Positions 1 through 8,135 are shown, numbered from the stretch's first letter. The stretch is 64,000 bases of DNA from a virus (IMGVR_UViG_3300024283_000010:11910-75909); one strand, 5' to 3'. Program-made: numbers and translations. The notes: generated by a model not told the origin, from the letters alone.

Positions 1-341
1 TTGGCCTGTTCAATGTTTACATTTATGAGTTCACACGAATAGACCCGCATTATTCAAAACTGTTTTATGACTATCTTACGATAGGAGCATTGTCATTTTT
101 TTTGATTGACTTGAAGTGTGGTTTTGTAAACTATCATCACAAGCAGTTTAACTTGTTGCTGATACTATGCGTAATAATGAACAACATCCTACGGCTGTTT
201 ACCCATTTAGGATACTTACAGGATCAAAAGCCACAGCAAATGTATTATGCTTTTAATATTTCAGTTTTTTCAATAACTTTAACTATATTTTTTTGTGAAA
301 TCCGATACAAAACATTCAAGTGATTCAATTGTACCTTTTAA

Positions 342-647
342 ATGAAACAAAAATTGGCAACTGCACCTTTACCTACCTTTGATTGGAACGAAAATATAAA
401 ATGGATTTCAGGATGCGTAACCTTCCTGCTGGGATACATTTATTATATTAATTACTACTTCAAGAACAAAGCCAAAGAGAAACAAGAGTTCATACAGGAC
501 ATTGTTAAGGCTACTTTGCGGACTACACTTGACCATGAATTGCAGACCATCAAGACAAACATAGACAAACTGTTTGAATTAAGGGAAGATGACAGGACGC
601 ATTCTGACGCGCAATTTAAGGAGTTGCTGAGAGAGATTAAGAAATGA
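342..647 (+). CDS. Membrane protein with one N-terminal TM and coiled coil (holin-like, uncertain)
   Basis: 101 aa; hydrophobic WISGCVTFLLGYIYYI followed by a charged helical tail. Confidence 0.5.
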   Translation: MKQKLATAPLPTFDWNENIKWISGCVTFLLGYIYYINYYFKNKAKEKQEFIQDIVKATLRTTLDHELQTIKTNIDKLFELREDDRTHSDAQFKELLREIKK

Positions 648-648
648 G

Positions 649-1047
649 ATGGCAAAGCGCATAGACCCGACTAAAAATGTGTTGCAGTTAGTCGCGGCGT
701 CTATTAAGCGTATTGATGATCTTCGCGAAGCTGATCGTAAACTTTCAGAGGCTAAGAACGAATTGATGCGAATTAGCTTCGAGTACGAAGATAAACTCAG
801 GCAAAAAGAATCAGACCGCTTAGACGCCAATTTAGAGGGCTTGAGAAACCTTATCAAATCCACACAAGATACAGCCACTTTACAGCTTGACAGGCTCACT
901 AACAGGGTATCAGCTTTAGAACTATCACAATCACAGAACGCAGGACGGTCTGGGATCAGCACACAGTTACTTATTGCTATTGCTATTGTAGTCGGTGGGA
1001 TAATTGGTGGAATTGTTATGGCATATTTTCATACTACTAATAAATAA
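649..1047 (+). CDS. Coiled-coil protein with C-terminal TM anchor
   Basis: 132 aa; heptad-like body, C-terminal LLIAIAIVVGGIIGGIVMAYF; directly follows previous ORF. Confidence 0.55.
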   Translation: MAKRIDPTKNVLQLVAASIKRIDDLREADRKLSEAKNELMRISFEYEDKLRQKESDRLDANLEGLRNLIKSTQDTATLQLDRLTNRVSALELSQSQNAGRSGISTQLLIAIAIVVGGIIGGIVMAYFHTTNK

Positions 1048-1153
1048 TTTTTGTATCTTAGCTATTGCTAAATAACCACGACTATTTAGTACTTTTGGGA
1101 AAAATTTAACAAAGGGTGATTGCTTGTCGTGGGTAGTTGCCCTTTTTATTTTT

Positions 1154-1366
1154 ATGAAATTTAAAATCATACGCGAATCAGGAAGCCATCTCACTAAACC
1201 CCTGAAATGGGCTAAAATGATGCCATTTGAGAAATGGGAAGTTAGAAGTTGCACAGAAGAACAGTTTGAACAACGTCATGCGCCAAAAGAAGGCAGTTGG
1301 CGTTCGGTAGGCACAAATCATACTACCACCCGAAATGGAAAATGGATAAAGAGGCAAATGGTATAA
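1154..1366 (+). CDS. Hypothetical protein
   Basis: ORF from ATG at 1154 after a T-rich spacer. Confidence 0.4.
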   Translation: MKFKIIRESGSHLTKPLKWAKMMPFEKWEVRSCTEEQFEQRHAPKEGSWRSVGTNHTTTRNGKWIKRQMV

Positions 1367-1521
1367 AAGATAAAAAGACTACACATGGTACAGTTACAAT
1401 GTATAGAAAATATAAATGCAGATGTGATTTATGTACAATTGCATATAAGGCATCGAGAGCTAAGGAGGCTGAACAAAGAAAGAAAAAGATCGTTGAATTA
1501 AAACTTTTGAAAGCAAGCTAA
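1297..1521 (+). CDS. Small Cys-rich putative Zn-binding protein (start probably later, e.g. 1342)
   Basis: HGTVTMYRKYKCRCDLC motif, a pattern common in small phage proteins. Confidence 0.5.
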   Translation: MAFGRHKSYYHPKWKMDKEANGIKDKKTTHGTVTMYRKYKCRCDLCTIAYKASRAKEAEQRKKKIVELKLLKAS

Positions 1522-1557
1522 TTTTTATTTATATTAGCTGTGCAAAACAGCCTCAGT

Positions 1558-3942
1558 ATGAGAAAATTAGTCCTAATTGCTTTAACTGTTCTTTTCCCAT
1601 TATTTTGTCTATCGCAAGCTATACCCGGCTGTGGGACTTTTACATCGAGTGGCCCGATAACGGCAACTAGTAATTCAACTATTTCGGGTAAATCAATTGA
1701 CCTTGCAAATGCAGCGACAATAGGCATAAACATTCCAAATGGGGTACATGATGTGCATATCACTAAGTGTATTATTAAAAATGGCACGACAGCGAATGGA
1801 CTGATTAAAATCGGGTCGGGCTGCTACAACATAACGATTGATACGTGTTTTTTAGAGGCTGGTTGGAGAGGTATTAATGCGGTAGGTGCAACTAATCAAA
1901 TCCATATTTGGTATAATTATTTTCATAACATTATTGACCCGAATGTGACAGCAACTTCAAGTGATGGTGGGGGGAGTTCGGTTCAACTTAATAATTGCAA
2001 TGGTGTAGGCATTCAAATACTAGATAACAAATCCTATCACGATGTCTCTAGCAGTGGTATAGGAGACCAATATTCAATCTTTCAATGCAATGGTACACCA
2101 GCATCTCCAATACGTTGTTGTCGCAACCAAGCGCTTAATGGAAGCACTAATCCGCCGGGGACGGGGTATGTAGCCGCAGTGGCCGGAGATGTCGGCGGGT
2201 CTTGGCAACGGTGCGATAGCAATGTATTCGTCAATACCGGTAGTGTGCTATGCCAAGTACAGGGCGGTACAAACATAGAGATGTCATACAATACAGGCTA
2301 TCTTGCTCAAACATCATACACATCAGTAGGTATGGCCTATGGTAATTATTCAGGTGCTCCATCTAATAATGTTACTATGGCGTTTAATAACGTTAGGTGT
2401 ATACAAGCATCGGGCGGTGTTTTTAATTACTGGTTTGATTCTTCGAATGTGACAGCTCCGGCAGGATGGGCAACCAATACTACTTCAACATCCCTGAACG
2501 CTTCAATACTTCCAAATCCATTATGGCCTCCATGTAACCCTGTAGTGTTACCACCTAATATCAGCTACACTGGTTCACCATTTACGTTCGTAGTTAGTAC
2601 GGCTATTTCAAGCCTTGTACCGTCAAATTCGGGAGGAAATGTAGTTTCATACTCCGTTAGTCCATCACTTCCTTCGGGCTTAGGAATATCGAGCGTGAAT
2701 GGTATCGTGAGCGGCGTTCCATCGGTTGCAACTGCGCAGGCTACGTACACGGTAAAAGCGGTTAATTCTGCGGGACAAAGCACTTTCCCATTAGTGATAA
2801 CGGTTAATCCTGCACTGGTCAATAAACCAGTTATAAGTTATTCACCAAATAGCGTAGTCGGAACTATTAATAGTGCTATACCGACACTAAATGCTTCCAA
2901 TACGGGGTCGCCAGTTGTTATGTGGGGTATCAGTCCTTCGTTACCCGCAAACTTAACATTCAATTCAGGCACAATTTCAGGCGTTCCTACGGCAGCGCAG
3001 GGCGCGACTACATATACGGTCAGCGCAACAAATTCGGGAGGCGTAGGGACAGCGAATGTGACAATACAAGTTAATCCGATAAAGCCAAGTATTTCCTACA
3101 GTGGCAGTCCTTATTTATTCACTCAAAATTCAGCGATAGTACCCCTTAATCCAACAAATACGGGTGGGCAAATTACATCGTTTTCAGTTAGCCCTGCTTT
3201 ACCAAGCGGCTTATCCCTAAATACTATATCGGGTCAAATAAGTGGCACACCTACGGCTACACAATCAGCGGCTACATATAATATAACAGCCGTAAATGCG
3301 GGTGGAAATTCTATCTTCCCGATTTCGATCCAAATTCAAGCACCTGCTGTTGCAGCACCGATAATTTCCTACTCTCCAAGTTCACAGACAGGGATTATAA
3401 ACGTGGCTATAAACAATATGAACCCTATTAACAGCGGCGGCGCTGCAACGGGGTTTACTATTAGCCCATCTTTACCCACAGGACTTAATTTTAACACGTC
3501 TAATGGCGTTATTAGTGGAACAGCGACAGTTATATCAGGTTCGACAAGTTATACGATTGTAGGGTCTAATACTGGCGGCAGTTCAACGACCCATGTCACA
3601 ATTCAAATTAATCCGATACCTGCACCAAACATAAGCTATACAGTATCATCGGTTTTGTATTTAACCAATCAGGCTATTACCCCCTTGTCGCCCTCAAATA
3701 CGGGCGGAGCAATTAGCGGATATACGACAGATGTATCATTACCTGCCGGACTTACGATAGACGCTACCTCAGGCATAATTTCAGGTGTACCAACGCAGGT
3801 TACAGCACCCATAACGGTTACAATAAAGGCCACAAATAGCACAGGATTTTCAACATTCCCAATTCAGTTTGCCGTTAACCCTCAACCTGTTACGCACTGG
3901 TACTTGATAAATCAAAGCTTTTTTGGCCCTGTAATATATTAA
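1558..3942 (+). CDS. Exported or surface protein: right-handed beta-helix (pectate-lyase-like) domain plus 5 putative Ig (He_PIG-like) repeats
   Basis: Signal-peptide-like MRKLVLIALTVLFPLFCLSQ; Asn/Ile-rich beta-helix-like N-half; five ~86-aa repeats P.ISY...SPSLP.GL....G.ISG.P.....Y...A.N.GG. Confidence 0.75.
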   Translation: MRKLVLIALTVLFPLFCLSQAIPGCGTFTSSGPITATSNSTISGKSIDLANAATIGINIPNGVHDVHITKCIIKNGTTANGLIKIGSGCYNITIDTCFLEAGWRGINAVGATNQIHIWYNYFHNIIDPNVTATSSDGGGSSVQLNNCNGVGIQILDNKSYHDVSSSGIGDQYSIFQCNGTPASPIRCCRNQALNGSTNPPGTGYVAAVAGDVGGSWQRCDSNVFVNTGSVLCQVQGGTNIEMSYNTGYLAQTSYTSVGMAYGNYSGAPSNNVTMAFNNVRCIQASGGVFNYWFDSSNVTAPAGWATNTTSTSLNASILPNPLWPPCNPVVLPPNISYTGSPFTFVVSTAISSLVPSNSGGNVVSYSVSPSLPSGLGISSVNGIVSGVPSVATAQATYTVKAVNSAGQSTFPLVITVNPALVNKPVISYSPNSVVGTINSAIPTLNASNTGSPVVMWGISPSLPANLTFNSGTISGVPTAAQGATTYTVSATNSGGVGTANVTIQVNPIKPSISYSGSPYLFTQNSAIVPLNPTNTGGQITSFSVSPALPSGLSLNTISGQISGTPTATQSAATYNITAVNAGGNSIFPISIQIQAPAVAAPIISYSPSSQTGIINVAINNMNPINSGGAATGFTISPSLPTGLNFNTSNGVISGTATVISGSTSYTIVGSNTGGSSTTHVTIQINPIPAPNISYTVSSVLYLTNQAITPLSPSNTGGAISGYTTDVSLPAGLTIDATSGIISGVPTQVTAPITVTIKATNSTGFSTFPIQFAVNPQPVTHWYLINQSFFGPVIY

Positions 3943-3965
3943 AAAAAGCCCCAATTAAGGGGCTT
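3941..3965 (-). terminator. Rho-independent terminator closing the repeat cassette (possibly bidirectional)
   Basis: AAGCCCC-AATTAA-GGGGCTT hairpin with an A7 run on the plus strand (U7 on the minus transcript). Confidence 0.85.
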
Positions 3966-3973
3966 AATTCTTT

Positions 3974-4331
3974 ACCACACCAAGCCCAACCTGACCTAAA
4001 ATTATATATGCCAAACCGGGTAACATATTACCTTACCGGAAGCCACCATAATTTACCTATGACCATATCAGACCCCACCACATCGTACCAAACCACTGAC
4101 CTCATCCCGCTTCATCAAATATTATCTAACCGCATCTTAATTCACCAAACCTCTGACCAAATCCTGCCTCAACGCGCCTAACCATATCTGACCGCATTAT
4201 ACCTAACCGCTGACCCTGCCACTCCATATACGAACATACCCAACCATAAACGACCAGTCCTTGCCACCGACCCTATCGCATCAGACCATTCCAATACTTA
4301 CCCCATCAGAACTTGCCCTACCTCTGACCCT
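3974..4331 (-). repeat. Non-coding pentamer-phased array (NN-GGY-like pentamers) in 57-nt units; putative guide RNA array
   Basis: Plus strand RCC/ATC-NN period 5; 2-nt phase jumps (TG/CG) at 4060, 4097, 4154, 4211, 4268, 4325; units start 4062 (37 nt), 4099, 4156, 4213, 4270 (57 nt each). Confidence 0.9.
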
Positions 4332-4773
4332 ACTTTCTACTTGATGAAAAGACTTGTTGCAAGTTACTTAATCTGGCAATCAAATCATTATTTTTGCCTA
4401 CTTGTTCAGTAGGAATAGCATTGGTTCTGACATTCAGCATAATATTACGTGCTGTTTTCAATTCCTTTTTAATAGCATCAATAGCTGAATTAAACCCAAA
4501 TTGCACTTGATCTTTTGGTGGCAATAAAGTATAACCATCGCCACGAATATTCCTTAGATAGTACATTTCTTTTTCAAGTAATTCATTTCGTAAATTATCA
4601 ACCATCTGCATGTACTTGAATTGAATGTTTTGATAGTCTTCGACGTATTTCGCTGTGTTATTATAATTACGTATCTGAGGGAATTTTATATTAAAAATAT
4701 CTCTCAGATAGTCGTGAGTGATGAGCTGTCCCGGCTCAAATTCACTCACTATTTTTGCAATAATTTCATCCAT
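4330..4773 (-). CDS. Accessory protein of the pentamer-array cassette (possible winged-helix plus helical C-terminus)
   Basis: 147 aa; LRNIRGDGY resembles a wHTH wing; stop codon abuts the array; start 2 nt after upstream stop. Confidence 0.7.
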   Translation of the reverse strand: MDEIIAKIVSEFEPGQLITHDYLRDIFNIKFPQIRNYNNTAKYVEDYQNIQFKYMQMVDNLRNELLEKEMYYLRNIRGDGYTLLPPKDQVQFGFNSAIDAIKKELKTARNIMLNVRTNAIPTEQVGKNNDLIARLSNLQQVFSSSRK

Positions 4774-4775
4774 GA

Positions 4776-5342
4776 TTAAACTTTTTCTACCGTGAATCTA
4801 CCATAACGTGGCCTGTAGTCGCAGACACCAATATACATTCCGGCATTCTTTACAATTGTGTCTACTTCGGTTTCATTCAGTTTGGCTTCATCCAAAAATA
4901 TAGTGCATGTAAATTCCCATGAATGAAAAATAGGACGACACCTCATCGTTTTTGCCTGACCAACTTTTACAGTTCTCATATCGCAATAACCGGGAACATC
5001 GAATAACTTAGGTGGTGGTACTTTTGAATGCTTAAACTCAAATATGGCATCGTCCGGTACGATTGCAGCTTGTTTCCATAATACCCCTTGTTTAAACTGT
5101 TTGGCAGACGCTAAAAACGTAGCATCAAGAACACTGGATGGCATAATGTATATCCCATCTTCATAATAACAAGACGCCTCAAATTCACAACGGGCGATAG
5201 CCTCTTGATCTTCATCTGTTTTCTGTCTCTTTTTAGTGAGTTCCTTTAATCTTTTAGTAAAAGGATGTAACGGATTAGCGGTTTTGTCGCTGTGCATCAA
5301 TAATGGGGCTGTGCCCTTGATACGATAACTTAAAGTTTTCAT
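4776..5342 (-). CDS. RAMP/Cas7-like single-RRM protein; putative effector of the pentamer guide array
   Basis: 188 aa; N-terminal IKGTAPLLMH strand, YIMPSSVLDATF (compare RAMP IPGSSLKG), C-terminal Gly-loop-like GMYIGVCDYRPRYGRFTV. Confidence 0.7.
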   Translation of the reverse strand: MKTLSYRIKGTAPLLMHSDKTANPLHPFTKRLKELTKKRQKTDEDQEAIARCEFEASCYYEDGIYIMPSSVLDATFLASAKQFKQGVLWKQAAIVPDDAIFEFKHSKVPPPKLFDVPGYCDMRTVKVGQAKTMRCRPIFHSWEFTCTIFLDEAKLNETEVDTIVKNAGMYIGVCDYRPRYGRFTVEKV

Positions 5343-5354
5343 TTTTTGAAAATA

Positions 5355-5450
5355 AAAAACCCGTATCAGCCGTTCGGGTCTTTCGCTACCTTACTAAGCC
5401 AACACGGGCTAAATCTTTTTAATCTGTTTGTTATCTCTTGGCGAAAGTCG
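5355..5450 (-). promoter_or_regulatory. Structured 5' leader (interleaved helices, pseudoknot-like) upstream of the RAMP-like gene
   Basis: Plus CCCGT (~5361) pairs with ACGGG (~5404); CTTTCGC (~5380) pairs with GCGAAAG (~5440); helices interleave. Confidence 0.55.
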
Positions 5451-5462
5451 GATAACACAATG

Positions 5463-5470
5463 CAAATATA
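5463..5470 (-). promoter_or_regulatory. Bacteroidota-type -7 promoter element for the cassette
   Basis: Minus strand TATATTTG matches TAnnTTTG consensus. Confidence 0.65.
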
Positions 5471-5606
5471 ATTATTGTATATTTAATATCAAAATACTAA
5501 CTTTAAATAGCCCCCAACAGCAAGCGCGATCTGCGCAGCTTAAAATAGGTTAGATAGGTAGAAAAGTCTTGCGCGATGTGAGACTTTTTTTATTATATTT
5601 GATTAT

Positions 5607-6131
5607 ATGAAAACAGTTAAATTCAGACCATTAAGAGTAATTAAAAAGTCAGGCAAAATAACGGTTGCTTCATATATGCAATGGAGAAGTATCAAGACTT
5701 CTGATTATAATAATTTCAATCTAATTATAGACGAAAGCTACAAGATGCTAAATGATGAAGATTTTGTCTATAACCACGAGGGGGAACAATTATTCTTTTA
5801 TGATTTTAAACCTTGTGATATTATTGTGAATCCCGATATTCCAAAATCAGACGGATTTCAACCAAGTTCAGAAAACACGTATGAATATCTAAATTTCAGA
5901 AATGAAAATCCATACATCTTACTTGATAAAGGCGATTACAAAACTTATTGGTGCAGAGGATTAGATTGTGACGGAGTGCCAACTTTAAGCCATTATACCG
6001 CAGATTATATTGTAAGTGACCATACACGTGATTTTACTTTATTTGAACCGCTTACAGTTGGAATGGTTAAAATGTGGTTTGGATGGTTCTTATGGCAATT
6101 AGAAAATTCTAGATTACAAATACTAAATTAG
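5607..6131 (+). CDS. Hypothetical protein
   Basis: 174-aa ORF preceded by TATATTTG promoter-like motif. Confidence 0.6.
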   Translation: MKTVKFRPLRVIKKSGKITVASYMQWRSIKTSDYNNFNLIIDESYKMLNDEDFVYNHEGEQLFFYDFKPCDIIVNPDIPKSDGFQPSSENTYEYLNFRNENPYILLDKGDYKTYWCRGLDCDGVPTLSHYTADYIVSDHTRDFTLFEPLTVGMVKMWFGWFLWQLENSRLQILN

Positions 6132-6134
6132 TAC

Positions 6135-6215
6135 ATGCGCGTCATCCTCACCATAATCGGCTGTGTGTTCCTATGGTTCTTATTTTTATGGATGGCTTAT
6201 TTGATAAACCAATGA
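6135..6215 (+). CDS. Small single-TM peptide (26 aa)
   Basis: MRVILTIIGCVFLWFLFLWMAYLINQ; ATGA overlap with next ORF. Confidence 0.4.
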   Translation: MRVILTIIGCVFLWFLFLWMAYLINQ

Positions 6216-6334
6216 AATACCTCCACTTCGGCTTACCACGTAACAGGATACTTTGGATAGGGGTTGTTATCTTCTTGGCACTCTATCTTTTGCACGTTTG
6301 GTTGTTGTTGGTTAGGGTGTATGGGGGAGAATAG
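6212..6334 (+). CDS. Small single-TM peptide (40 aa)
   Basis: MKYLHFGLPRNRILWIGVVIFLALYLLHVWLLLVRVYGGE. Confidence 0.4.
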   Translation: MKYLHFGLPRNRILWIGVVIFLALYLLHVWLLLVRVYGGE

Positions 6335-6396
6335 AAAAAGGGCGACCGAAGCCACCCTCATAAACCCCATTTGTCAACCACGATTAGTGGGGAATG

Positions 6397-6708
6397 TCAA
6401 TTATTGATGAGTATTTCCAAAGGTTGTGTTTCTTGTATTTGTTCAAAAGTCATTATTGACGCTTTTAGTTCTTCAATAGGTATAAACAATTCTGGGCTAA
6501 ACCATGAAGCACCATTACAATGCCCAACAACGCCAACATAAACAAACGGGCCTAATCCATTTGCCGGGTTGATTTTACTAACACATTCAGAAATTATGTA
6601 TGTAACACCATGCTTAAACCCTCTATTTTTATCTGAAAGATTGGGATTTAAAATAACTTTTTGGCCTGCGTAAAATGGGAGCATAATCGTGGTTGTTTTA
6701 TAACACAA
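6397..6708 (-). CDS. Hypothetical protein
   Basis: ORF track; likely start at MLPFY. Confidence 0.45.
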   Translation of the reverse strand: MCYKTTTIMLPFYAGQKVILNPNLSDKNRGFKHGVTYIISECVSKINPANGLGPFVYVGVVGHCNGASWFSPELFIPIEELKASIMTFEQIQETQPLEILINN

Positions 6709-6752
6709 AGATACACATTTGCAAATAACAAATCAAAACTTTATCTTTAAAT

Positions 6753-6932
6753 ATGCAATACCTGAAAATTACAACTGAACAATTCACAAGGTTATTTCGC
6801 GTAAAGGAATTTAAAGGCCAATGGGATTGCTACGGCACTTGGAATGGGCTTGATATGTATTGTTTAGGAGATACGCCTGAAAATGCCCGTATTGAAATGT
6901 GGCTAAGACTTAAAAAGAATAACTGGATTTAA
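6753..6932 (+). CDS. Hypothetical protein (59 aa)
   Basis: MQYLKITTEQF...KKNNWI, read manually. Confidence 0.45.
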   Translation: MQYLKITTEQFTRLFRVKEFKGQWDCYGTWNGLDMYCLGDTPENARIEMWLRLKKNNWI

Positions 6933-6933
6933 C

Positions 6934-7020
6934 ATGCTTTCAACCCTCCTCGTTTCTTTCAGCCTGATACTTGGCGTGACGGTGCTTATAATGGATTGGA
7001 GGGGGAATAGGGATTTGTAG
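6934..7020 (+). CDS. Small single-TM peptide (28 aa)
   Basis: MLSTLLVSFSLILGVTVLIMDWRGNRDL; tightly packed between neighbours. Confidence 0.4.
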   Translation: MLSTLLVSFSLILGVTVLIMDWRGNRDL

Positions 7021-7022
7021 TT

Positions 7023-7211
7023 ATGGGATGGATAACATTAAGTAATGGCGAAACAGTTCACACGCAAGTGTTGAATCAAAATCCGATTGTCGAAATAGAA
7101 ACGATGGAAACAAAAACCACAGGTGGAACAATCTATATTACACAAAATTATGTTTATGAAGACGGCACCAAGCAAACCGTTACTTTAAACTGGAAACCAT
7201 ATCTTTGTTAA
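7023..7211 (+). CDS. Hypothetical protein
   Basis: 62-aa ORF in operon upstream of endolysin. Confidence 0.45.
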   Translation: MGWITLSNGETVHTQVLNQNPIVEIETMETKTTGGTIYITQNYVYEDGTKQTVTLNWKPYLC

Positions 7212-7220
7212 AATTTATTC

Positions 7221-7760
7221 ATGAACCTACCTGACAAATACGCATGGCTCAATGACGAGCCGGGGCCAAAGATGCTGAAAGAGGCACTGGCACTGTACGG
7301 CACACTGGAAACACCGGGTGCCGAAAATAATCCCGTTATAATGGCATGGGCAAAAGAGGTTGGTGTTAACGGGTGGTATCCCGGTGACGCTACTCCGTGG
7401 TGCGGACTATTTCAGGGCGTCATAGCCAAACGTGCAGGATGGGATATAAGTAAAGACTTGTTAGCCGCCGCATCATGGGCATTATGGGGTACACGCGTTG
7501 AACCCGGAAATGAAATGCTCGGTGATGTATTGGTATTCTCACGAACCGGCGGGCATCACGTAGCTGAATATATTGGGGAGAGCAAGGATAATTTCCTTAT
7601 CTATGGCGGCAATCAAGGTGATAAAGTTGGCTTTGAATGGATTGGCAAAAACAGGTGCATAGCAAGGCGTAGAGCACCGTGGAGAGTGTCACAGCCTGCC
7701 AGTGTACGCAAGATATATTTAGATGATAACGGGGCTGTATTGGCTCATAATGAGGCTTAA
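7221..7760 (+). CDS. Endolysin, NlpC/P60-CHAP-like peptidase (TIGR02594-like)
   Basis: TPWCGLF catalytic Cys, GDVLVFSRTGGHHVA His, GGNQGDKV. Confidence 0.85.
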   Translation: MNLPDKYAWLNDEPGPKMLKEALALYGTLETPGAENNPVIMAWAKEVGVNGWYPGDATPWCGLFQGVIAKRAGWDISKDLLAAASWALWGTRVEPGNEMLGDVLVFSRTGGHHVAEYIGESKDNFLIYGGNQGDKVGFEWIGKNRCIARRRAPWRVSQPASVRKIYLDDNGAVLAHNEA

Positions 7761-7795
7761 TAATATTTAACTATATTTGATTAAACTTTAAAACA

Positions 7796-8110
7796 ATGGC
7801 AGAAACAACCTCACAACCTCAATCTTGGCTTCTTACCAATATTAAGCCAGTTTTAGCCCTCATGATCGTAGTATTAGGATTTGGCTACTTCTACATGTGT
7901 TCGATAAGAAACATTAAGCCTGACCCTCAAATACTCATTGCTATGGTTACTTCTGTATCATTGGCTATTGGTTATTACTTTGGTTCAAGTCAAGGGAGTT
8001 CAGCTAAGAACGATACCATTGCTGCCAACGCTGGAAATCCGTCAATTACAAACGCTGATACGGTGAATGTTGCTGCGCAGCCTGAAAATCCCATCAACAA
8101 GGACGAATAA
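7796..8110 (+). CDS. Holin-like protein (2 TM)
   Basis: Two hydrophobic segments and IGYYFGSS motif; adjacent to endolysin. Confidence 0.65.
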   Translation: MAETTSQPQSWLLTNIKPVLALMIVVLGFGYFYMCSIRNIKPDPQILIAMVTSVSLAIGYYFGSSQGSSAKNDTIAANAGNPSITNADTVNVAAQPENPINKDE

Positions 8111-8135
8111 AAAAAACCGGATGATTAGTCCGGTT
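8109..8135 (-). terminator. Terminator between convergent genes
   Basis: AACCGGA-TGATTAG-TCCGGTT hairpin with A8 run. Confidence 0.7.

Noticed and set aside
3974-4331. Reading the pentamer tract as a CRISPR array, simple satellite or protein-coding low-complexity gene
   Set aside because: No identical direct repeats separated by spacers; dinucleotides vary while phase and 57-nt unit length are kept; no ORF of 60 aa or more in the track and period 5 is not codon-phased.
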